DNA of 61,579 bases, taken from the NCBI GenBank assembly GCA_044892505.1, contig CM097883.1, positions 404,738,422 to 404,800,000 of the forward strand, written 5' to 3'. Below, one piece after another: positions 52,193-61,579 of this stretch (positions are counted from its first letter, which is position 1; each line of letters starts with the position of its first letter). A model generated the notes under the pieces. It saw only the letters and a list, made by a program, of their open reading frames with translations. It did not search any database and had not been told where the DNA came from. The stretch is from Schmidtea nova. Lineage: Eukaryota. Position numbers and translations under genes: made by a program.

Positions 52193-52689
52193 TTGTTGTT
52201 TTCTCGATTTGTTAGCAACTCTTCGGGGTCTGTCGTGGATTCCGGGCGACGAGATTGTTTGAAAAATGTTTTCCCACAAGATGATTTGATGTCTTTTTGA
52301 ACGCGCTGTAAAACATGGTTATTATTAGTGTTAATAGTTGCTGCTATTGCTGTATTTCCTGTTATATTTTCTGCTATTGCGTTTGTTTGATCAATTTTCC
52401 GATTAGATATATTCTGTAGCTGATATATTTGTGCACGAAGTTGTAGCAATTGATTGTTATCAAATATTCCTTTATTGGAAACAGGAGGTTGAGAAATTGG
52501 ATTTGTAGATTCAGGTATAATTGGATTTTGAGAGAGATTATTCACAGGAGGTATATAATTGGCGGGATTTATTTGATTTGGAATTTGCATAGTTGCTATT
52601 AGATTGTTAGTATTGTTCGGAGCATTTATAACTTGAATGGATGATGGAATAGGTTGGTTTGGACCGAAACCATTGTTGTTTGCATACAT
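52193..52689 (-). pseudogene. 5' fragment of a Brahma/SMARCA2/4-type SNF2 gene (QLQ domain)
   Basis: N/P/Q-rich N-terminus, FDNNQLLQLRAQI (QLQ; compare FNQNQLHQLRAQI), then DPEELLTNREN (compare DPVEILQERE); homology stops there and the frame runs into the PSMA6 upstream region. Confidence 0.78.
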
Positions 52690-52889
52690 TATTGGATCAA
52701 GTTCTTTTTTTTATTAGTTTAAGGACTTTTTCACACCATATAAGATTTATATAGATTTCGATAAGACCGTCTAACGGCTTCCATGCACGCCCCACATCTC
52801 TCATAGCCATCAAGCCCCGAAATTAATTATTTTAAATATTATTTAATTATTTTTAAAAATATTTTAAAAGCGGGCGCGACCATATAGGG

Positions 52890-53430
52890 CAGGGATATTC
52901 AACTGGCGGCCCGCGGACCAGATCCGGTCCGCCAAAATTTGAAAATGGCCATTTCAATATCTTCGAATATTACACATTTGGATGATATATGCATAAAAAC
53001 GCTCAGCTATTTTTTTACTGTATAATATTTGTCCTTAATGACGTATTAAAATAGATCCGGCTAATATGGGTTTGTTGTTTTTTTTTAATATTTAAGCGAT
53101 ATACATTTCTTGCTTACCCCATAATTTTTGAATGCAGCTTCGCAGCTTCGATCATCCAAATTCCTTGGAAAATGCGTTAAAATTTAAAAATAAATGAAAT
53201 AATCGTAATAAAGTTATTAATTTCAAATGAGTCTGGAAAATTACATAATAATATAAAAATATATGGTAAACATTATAATACTTGGTAATAGAATAACAAT
53301 CACTAAAACATGTTTATATTTTGTTAAAGTGTAATCCGCTACAAAACTAACAACTTTTTAATTGATACGGCCCTCGATTGCCGTTATAAGATAAATTTGG
53401 CCCTTCATAATATTTAGTTGAATACCCATG
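52890..53430. mobile_element. Non-autonomous hAT MITE (541 bp)
   Basis: TIRs CAGGGATATTCAACT / AGTTGAATACCCATG; 8-bp TSD ATATAGGG (52882-52889, 53431-53438). Confidence 0.92.
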
Positions 53431-53497
53431 ATATAGGGTATAATAAAAATGCACATATAAACTGAGAGTCAATAATATGACGAATGCACACTAAATT

Positions 53498-54403
53498 AGT
53501 TGTCTAGAGATTCTCTCGAAAGTACATTTGTATGTAGTTTATTTAGTCGTGGAATCGAATAAAAATTGTGATTACGCGTTGAATTTTCGGAACATTTTTT
53601 GTAGCAGAGCGTGGTTCCCATCGGGGTACGAACTTCATGGAGCTGGAACAATATGGTTCTGGCTATCCAGCCAGAACAAGGTACTATTATGTAGCATTTT
53701 TTATTTTGAATTTTGCGATGATTTTGGTAATTGTAAATTTTTGGCCTTAGCTCAAACATCTTCCCCTCTGCCCTTTGCAATGTTTTGCGGCGGGTTGAGC
53801 TCATTAAGGGACCGGAAAAGATGCTGCTATGGGCCCCAGCATTCTTTTCGAGTAGGAAGGACCTTATCAGAATATAATATTCGAGAGAATCTCTAGACAA
53901 CTGTCGAATCGAACCATGTTACCGTTATCGCCGGAAAATGCATGGATTTTAGCCGGATAGCGTTCATCGTGGCGGCATTTCTTTAATTCCTCATTTAGAT
54001 CTTGCCGGAATGTCAATTTGTTACGGTGATAGCAAAATGATTGATTCAGGTAAACGAATTCATCGATAATATCCCACAGCCAGCGTTCAGGTAGAAATTG
54101 ATTAATTAGTCTCTGCATTTAGAATTAAATTGAACACTGCACAATAACCACAACAAAAATCAAATCCATCACTCAATGAAATTGCATTGGAAACATGATC
54201 ATACAAATGTCGGTAATAGATGTCTTTAATTTTCCGTTAAACAATTCTTTGCACATTCGCATCTGTTTAGCATCATTTAGCCATTGTAAACTTTGTGAAA
54301 TTCCACCAGAGTTCGGTTCCCAATTCATTACAATTTGCACTTTTGATGAAGAAATTGATACAAAATGAAGCATTATTCGCAAACAAACCAAATCACAACT
54401 CAC
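53498..54403 (-). pseudogene. EIF3L: Rearranged eIF3 subunit L fragment
   Basis: Minus strand: LNDAKQMRMCKELF and LPERWLWDIIDEFVYLNQSFC (compare LPNQWLWDIIDEFIYQFQSFS). The downstream part appears flipped on the plus strand (LVVESN; RTRYYYVAFF compare VTTYYYVGFA) between 23-bp inverted repeats. Confidence 0.72.
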
Positions 54404-54527
54404 TCGAGAGTAAATTCAAAAATACGCCAAAAACTCAGTTTAAAAATAAATTATTCAAACAATACTGAAAACCTAAATTCATAATTACAGAAATTCATTT
54501 AAATCCACAATAGCCATCAATACAAAA

Positions 54528-54666
54528 GTGCACACAGACGCTGAATTAAATGAGAGGTCTGAAACGCGCGCACAGACGCGACAACTCTCCAACTTAAATA
54601 CATTACCAATGTGCACACAGACGCGAATAGGCCTATTGAATAGAGAAAATCGCGCACACAGGCGCG
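54528..54666. promoter_or_regulatory. Cluster of four GCACACAGACGCG-type motifs upstream of the EIF3L fragment
   Basis: Copies at 54528-54541, 54565-54580, 54611-54625 and 54651-54666. Confidence 0.55.
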
Positions 54667-55652
54667 TATAAAAAATTACCAAATAAGTTTGCTAAAAAGT
54701 TGGCTGAAACATATGCATTGGAGAAATGTCGTCCATACCACCCAAATTGTTTTGGCTAATAGTACCTAGGCATCAATAGTTCGCTATCTATATATATATC
54801 ATGTCTCGAAAAAACTATAACGACATCATATCTAGTCTACAAATCCTGGTATAACTGTAAAATTGTCAATTCAATACTATCGATTTTCCAGAATTTTTAG
54901 TCTATTTCCGAAGACGATAACAGAAGGTCATCGTTCCCACTTAAAATTTTGTAAAAAGCTGGATGTCATCATCAACAAAACGCCGGATCCGGTCAAGGTT
55001 GAGCAACTCTGGACAATCAGCTTAAAACCAGATCTTTCTAGATTCGAGTTCATCTCATCTCTCGAGCACTGTCGAGGAAAATTACTTCCATCAACTATTG
55101 TTGAAAATTTTCAATCCCAGAGAGTGATCATTCAATGCTCCACTTTCAACACTACGTTGAACTACCATTCACTCCAAGTAGTTCAACGATGATCAAAGGG
55201 AAGCTATAATGCTGCTCCTGACGACACCTGTGAATTTATTTTCAGTGTATCGTCATCATCCCCATGTTCAAGCCGAAGCAGTAGAGAAAAGACCAGCAAC
55301 AGATGTTGACGAATCAAATGACACTTACGATGAAACCAGCACTTCTTCTAAAAGATTAGGAGTTAGTAGAGGAAAGAGACCTAGGAAATGAGACAAATGA
55401 GGGCCGGGAAAGTTTTATTATTGTTATAAAAGTTTTAAATTGGCTTTATCAATAGACTATAAAAAAGGTGCCACTTTAGGTCGTGATGAGGTAACACTAG
55501 CAGAATTAGGCAAATAAGACCTAGGACCATCTCAAGAGGAATGTGAGTCCAGTGTTAAAAAAAAGTGAAGCTTTGGGATATAATGTCCTCGAAACTTCAT
55601 TCTCTAATTCCGCATCTGGATTTCTTCCTAGAGAACATGGCGGAGAAACACT

Positions 55653-57158
55653 TTAAAGGCAAATAGTTCCTAACAATGCGCAATGCTTCCCAGGAGTCAC
55701 ACAAGCAAGCTTTGATGAACCGGAAACCACACCAAAGTATTCTGCTTTTTGGTGCAGTTGCCGATTCATCAATTTTAGTTTTATTTCCTCGCTTTTAATC
55801 TTACATAATCTTATAAATAAATTTAATAATACTTTTGTTTTGGAATGTTTATAGGTTGTATTCAGTTTACGGAAATTTGTTACCATACACTCAGTCATGC
55901 CAAATAGCAACGAAAGAAGAATTCCAGGCCGAACGAAAGATCGATCGAAATCATCGGGTAATCCCCCAAGAAGGATCTCATAAGGAAGTGTTCCACTGAC
56001 GGCTTGCTTATTAGAAAATGCTTGTCCAATAACTCGGATTGTATAGATATAATTGTCAGAAAATGTAATATTTATCGGATAACCAGTTTCTATATAAATC
56101 TCAATTGTATCATCTTTCTTTATTAATTGATTGAAAGACACATTGAAAAAGCTGTAAAATTTAGCAATAAGATTGAAAGCATAACACCAAGTTTTGGAAA
56201 TGTTTGTGAAAATATAAAACATGCAATTTACCAAAATTTCATGAATTAAAATAAAATGAGGTCTCAAAGATTGGTTAACCATATAAAAATGATCCACAAA
56301 TTGATTTGGTAGTACAATAACTCGGATTGTATAGATATAATTGTCAGAAAATGTAATATTTATCGGATAACCAGTTTCTATATAAATCTCAATTGTATCA
56401 TCTTTCTTTATTAATTGATTGAAAGACACATTGAAAAAGCTGTAAAATTTAGCAATAAGATTGAAAGCATAACACCAAGTTTTGGAAATGTTTGTGAAAA
56501 TATAAAACATGCAATTTACCAAAATTTCATGAATTAAAATAAAATGAGGTCTCAAAGATTGGTTAACCATATAAAAATGATCCACAAATTGATTTGGTAG
56601 TACAGTACATACTCTAAATACATTCACTTTTGGACCTTGATAGGATATCAATTGACAGTAAAATTGCAATTTTCTTGAAACGAATAAGTTCATCATATAA
56701 TAGTTAGCGATAATTACACTTTCTTCCATTTGATTGTATAGCATGATAAACCATTTTCCTATTACTAAACTTTCATCAGAATCTTTCCACTTTACCGGAT
56801 AAAAATAATTAAAATTAGACTGATGAAATTCGTGAAACACTCCTAAGTCATACGATATAATATGCAATTTAATGAATGACAAAATGCGTGGGAAATTAAT
56901 TTTAGAATTCTGAACCAAAACTTCATTTGTGAAGATATTGTATGCACATGGTGAGGAGCAATTTATTTGAATACTTTTAAATAGTTCTCCCGATTTTGGA
57001 ATAGTTATATCCAAATGTTTTTTAAAATAAAATCCTTGCTCATTAAAGCTAACTAAGCAGCGACATGCAATACTTGATTTCACGCAGAACGTGCGTGCCT
57101 TCAAAAACCTTCCTCTGACATTAAAGTGATATGATATATAGTCCATTTTATCAATCAT
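55653..57158 (-). CDS. Orphan intronless 501-aa ORF with an exact 96-aa tandem duplication
   Basis: 1506-nt open frame; 288-bp repeat at 56027-56314 and 56315-56602; the last ~18 codons run into a repeated flank shared with 51260-51310. Confidence 0.6.
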   Translation of the reverse strand: MIDKMDYISYHFNVRGRFLKARTFCVKSSIACRCLVSFNEQGFYFKKHLDITIPKSGELFKSIQINCSSPCAYNIFTNEVLVQNSKINFPRILSFIKLHIISYDLGVFHEFHQSNFNYFYPVKWKDSDESLVIGKWFIMLYNQMEESVIIANYYMMNLFVSRKLQFYCQLISYQGPKVNVFRVCTVLPNQFVDHFYMVNQSLRPHFILIHEILVNCMFYIFTNISKTWCYAFNLIAKFYSFFNVSFNQLIKKDDTIEIYIETGYPINITFSDNYIYTIRVIVLPNQFVDHFYMVNQSLRPHFILIHEILVNCMFYIFTNISKTWCYAFNLIAKFYSFFNVSFNQLIKKDDTIEIYIETGYPINITFSDNYIYTIRVIGQAFSNKQAVSGTLPYEILLGGLPDDFDRSFVRPGILLSLLFGMTECMVTNFRKLNTTYKHSKTKVLLNLFIRLCKIKSEEIKLKLMNRQLHQKAEYFGVVSGSSKLACVTPGKHCALLGTICL

Positions 57159-57654
57159 TTATTTTATCAAGCATTTATTTAATTATAAAGAAATCAAATA
57201 CTCCAGTTTCTAGTAAATAATGTATTTATATTTTTTATCATTTATTGCGCGGGTTAACCGCTTAACAACATCTTTTAAATAAATAATAAAATATACAGGA
57301 TTACAAAATTTTTACATATATAATTACATAACATTTTTATAACATTAATTTACATAACTTTAATTAATTACATAACATTAAATATAAACAAGACAAAGCA
57401 TTAAATGATAATCACATCTCTAATCAAAGTATGTAATATTATCATCAGCGAACAGATTAGTTTATTTACTCACAATTAGTAATTATTAATTCAAACAGAC
57501 ACAAATAAACATATACAGTTAAAAATATATATCCAAACGTTACCAACGAGAGTTATTATGGTGTGTAGAATATACAAGGAAACAAGAGATACATCAACAT
57601 AATAATAAAGACTCCAAAACACAATTTGATAGATTGGTGTGACCACAGAACATT

Positions 57655-57860
57655 ACACAAGCCTCTCTGTAAACACTTCTAATCTCTTAGTTTATGTTAT
57701 ACAATGCTTCATAAATTTTTTTCTCCTTTTCAAAGTCTCTTTTTCAAGAAAACAACAATCCAAAAATCAATAATTCGAAGCAACAACCATATTTTCACTA
57801 TTTTCAAAAAACTAAGAAGCAAGCAAGAACACAACAATCCAAAAATCAATAATTCGAAGC
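57655..57860. repeat. Direct repeat of 51300-51430
   Basis: gcctct(at)ctgtaaacacttctaatctcttagtttatgttatacaatgcttcataaa...aagaaaacaacaatccaaaaatcaataattcgaa shared. Confidence 0.85.
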
Positions 57861-58494
57861 AACAACGACATTGGACTTGAATAAATGTTTACTTATTTTT
57901 TAATTTTATTGTTTTATTTCAGTAGCTAAAAATGTCAAATAATTTAAACCACTGAACCCATCAATGCGTTTCAAATTCTTTTGTTAGCTAAAATGAAAAA
58001 AAGGATTATGTCTTTTTTCAAAAAAACGAAGGGTGCGAGAAATAAACGAGGCTCAGATTCGAAATAAGCGGCATCGAATGATCACGGGGCACGTGATAAG
58101 TTTTTTAAATATTTTTAAAATTTAAAAATTGTTGGACTGAGTTATCAAGTATATATTAGCGTTGATAATTCTAATATTCTCATGCAGCGAGTGAGGGAAA
58201 TTCTTTACGTCACCAATGAAAACCGATAAATTTCCTTAATATGTTTATAACGCGGAATGTTGTCTGGATTTTTGAATGCTTCAGTTTTGATTGAAGTCAC
58301 AAGACTTTCAGCTCCATGACTTTGGAGGCTCAGTTGATATTTAGAGGCAGTGTGTGGTTCAAAGTAGACAATTTCATAAATGAAGTCAATGTAGAGTCTC
58401 CTTTAGAAATCAAAGACTTTTACGTTCATATTAGAGCTATTAAGCCCACATTGAAAACGTATTCTACCCAGAAGGAGGATTTCAGACGAGTCTT

Positions 58495-58552
<58 letters not shown>

Positions 58553-59177
58553 GCTGACAATGATTGAATCACTTTTAAATGGTAATAGGAGTGGGTGTTG
58601 TAATGTTCTGTTGTCACATCATCTCCATTCCTAATCATTCCTTCTCTCACATCTGTTCCTAATATTCTTGTATCGAAAATACTTTTCAAAAATACCGACT
58701 TTTTTTACATCGTCTACTGATACTCAGCACCCATTTAAATTTGTCAATAATAACCATGGCAACTAATCGCTGAAGTTTTCTAATAATTTCGAAATCGAAC
58801 TTTATTGATTATGAATTGTCTAATCCATTCAATTGGCCTTCCCTTTCAGTTCCATTCAATCAAAGAGCGATTAATAACATGATTGAAAAACATAGACCAA
58901 GAATGATATTTATATATTAATAAATTCTTGAAGAAAATTAGGTAATCTTAATGTGAAAAATCTATTTATTATTCCAACCTACGTGTCTCCGTCAAAGCGA
59001 ATTCTTTGCGCTTCCGTTACGAAGTAGTTCATTTTATACAGTCGCAACAGCAACTTCAATCACCGGAATATCGCAAAGTATTATTCAATTTATTTATTAA
59101 TTTTTACGTGACAAAACTTAAAATTAATGAATCGACAATTGCCCCTAAAATTATTAGCAATGTCGATTCAATAAAGG

Positions 59178-60000
59178 TGTAACCGCAAATTTAGTATAAA
59201 TACGACTCTGAAATCATTAATTCAACTTCGTTCTTACCAGCCAAGTTCACCTATTAAGTAGAACTATGTGCAAATATATTTTAAGTGATACTTTGAAAAT
59301 TAAGTGAGTATTTTCATCTACTGTGAAACAGTAATTGAAAGTTTTATTTTATTTTGGCAGTCCATACATCAGCTCCAGGTTCAAATCACACATGATACTC
59401 GAGAGCCGAATGCGTAGATGTAACCAAATTAAGTATAAATACGACTCTGAAATCATTAATTCACCTTCGTTCTCACCAGCCAAGTTCACCTATTAAGTAG
59501 AACTATGTGCAAATATATTTTAAGTGATGCTTTGAAAATTAAGTCATCATTCTCATCTACTGTGAAATAGTAATTGAAAGTTTTATTTTATTTTGGCAGT
59601 TCATACATCAGCTCCAGGTTCAAATCACACATGATACCCGAGAGCCGAATGTGTAGATGTAACCAAATTAAGTATAAATACGACTCTGAAATCATTAATT
59701 CAACTTCGTTTTTATCAGCCAAGTTCACCTAATAAGCAGAACTATGTGCAAATATATTTTAATTGATGCTTTGAAAATTAAGTGAGTATTTTCATGTACT
59801 GTGAAACATTAATTGAAAGTTTTATTTTATTTTGGCAGTTCATACATCAGCTCCAGGTTCACACCACACATGATACTCGAGAGCCGAATGCGTCGGTGTA
59901 ACCAAAAATTTAGTATAAATAAAACTCGAAAATCATTAATTGAACTTTATGCTTACTAGATAAGTTTACATATTAAGCAGAACTCTACGCAAATATTTTT
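59178..60000. repeat. Tandem repeat, 239-bp unit x ~3.4
   Basis: agtataaatacgactctg recurs at 59193, 59432, 59671 and, degenerate, at 59912; copies are modestly diverged. Confidence 0.93.
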
Positions 60001-61579
60001 GAGTGATATATTCCAAGCAGTGGACATTGTTATTCCGAAGGTTTAGATTTAAAAAAATAAAATAGCCAAAAATGAATGAATTTTATGCCCCTAGGAATGA
60101 TTATAAGATTGCCATTGAAGAACCTTGATAGTACGGATATAAACATTTTCAATTATATTTACGACAAATGCTCTGTTTGTTGGTTTGAGAATTTATACTC
60201 TATTAGAATTAAATTGTAACTTACGAAGAACTTAATAGCATAATGTATATATATAATGTCTGTACACAATTTCAAGAGCATAATGGATTATAATAAATAA
60301 TCAATATAGAAATCCTAAAAATCAGCTTCAAAATATTTGTTTGAATATTAAAAATATTGGCAGTTTTTTGAGTGAATTAATTTTAATATTTTTAATTATG
60401 GAGAATGAAAATATAAACAAAATAATAACTAACATGGCGACCACGACCACGGATCTTATACTCAGGCGGATGTCATCAGATGATCATGTATGTAAAGGTG
60501 GCAATCAAAGATAAATTCACGGATTATTTGTTTTTAAGTGCTACGAAAACATCTCAAAAATGCAACAGATTCTAGTTAACTAGATTACTTTTTAAATCTT
60601 TAGTTGAAGAATATGAAAAGACTGAAGGGAAATAATATAATTGTGAAAAGGAAGCATTAAACTTTGAACAGGAAACAGGCTAAACGGAAATTGTAATCGG
60701 AATGATAGAAAAGTTAACGAATAAGCTTGTTTTCCATCAATGGAATGAAGAAACAATTGAAATAAGTTTGCTAACACAAGGTGTTCGAGATAAAGTGAAA
60801 ACTTGGATCGAAATTATTTGATAATGATGAATTTATTATCTTTCAACAATACATTAGAGAAGCTGTCCGTCATCTCTGTACACAATTTCAAGAGCATACC
60901 AGAAAGAGCGGAAAGATCAATATTTTTGAGCTTAATAAGACATGAAATAAAAGCATTAATATTTTAAAATATTGTCTGGAGGTTTTAAGAAATATTACAA
61001 ACGTGTGAATTGTGACACTAATAATAAACAAAAACAAAATACGATTTGCCAGTCGATCATTACAAAAAAAAATCAAAGGTGAAACAAAAAGATAATTATA
61101 ATATTTATAGTTTTATATTTTAAATTAATATATTTTATTAGGTTTTCATAATTTTTTAAGATGATGATTTTAATATTGAATAATTTTTGTACATAATTAA
61201 ATATTTTTTATTAATTTTTCAATGAATTTTAGAATATATTGTTTGAAATATTTTTATTTTTTCTTGAAAGAGTTTAATAATTTTAACTATTAATTTATTT
61301 TTAACTATTTCAAATCTTTAGTGACTGCCACATATTACTGCCTCATATTATATATATATATATATAAAAACTAAAAAATGATTTTAATAAAAATTTGGAA
61401 AATTAGGAAAAAATTTATAAATAATTATAAATAATTAATTTATAATTTTACACAAATATTAATTTAATTTTTGGGAAATGAAATGATTTTAATTAGAACA
61501 TTTTACCATGAAAATTGGTTTTAAATCATCAAATGATGAAGTAAAATTTAGCAGTATATAAACCGTCATCAAAAACGAC

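Noticed and set aside
53528-53896. ORF listed on the minus strand in the supplied track
   Set aside because: That peptide (YVVYLVVESNKN...) reads from the plus strand; treated as part of the inverted EIF3L relic, not a gene.
54863-55420. Possible LTR-element 3' tail with polypurine tract near 55400
   Set aside because: No integrase or chromodomain motif and no matching LTR start; left as a hypothesis for the fragment carrier only.
58316-58689. ORFs crossing the (TA)n tract
   Set aside because: Extended by the microsatellite (YIYI); no recognisable domain.
60430-60960. Coding-like fragments with stops
   Set aside because: No identifiable family; partial 24-bp repeat (60259/60876) only.

Overview
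AT-rich eukaryotic (animal) genomic DNA with 45-66 nt spliceosomal introns, (AT)n/(ATT)n microsatellites and three N gaps. Composition and TRAF expansion fit a planarian-type flatworm, but that is inference only. Main content: (1) a TRAF-like gene cluster with one pseudogene (5.5 kb), two apparently intact RING/zinc-finger/coiled-coil/MATH genes (14.1-15.4 kb and 21.0-22.7 kb), one intact RING-less coiled-coil/MATH gene with a presequence-like N-terminus (30.2-31.2 kb) and a MATH 3' remnant; two copies form the arms of a large degenerate inverted duplication around a bZIP-like ORF and a decayed Ty3/Gypsy element. (2) Many transposon relics: hAT MITEs with 8-bp TSDs, a SPIN/GTF2IRD2-type hAT transposase, Penelope-like fragments and a fold-back MITE family. 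(3) A Polinton/adintovirus-like relic with a TBP-like fragment and an IxCxE-bearing ORF. (4) A near-perfect 4 x 2.93 kb tandem array. (5) A co-oriented train of housekeeping-gene fragments (PSMA6, Brahma/SMARCA QLQ region, EIF3L), two of them preceded by a shared GCACACAGACGCG motif, next to an orphan 501-aa ORF inserted into a repeated sequence. All family assignments come from motif recognition by eye; no searches were run.
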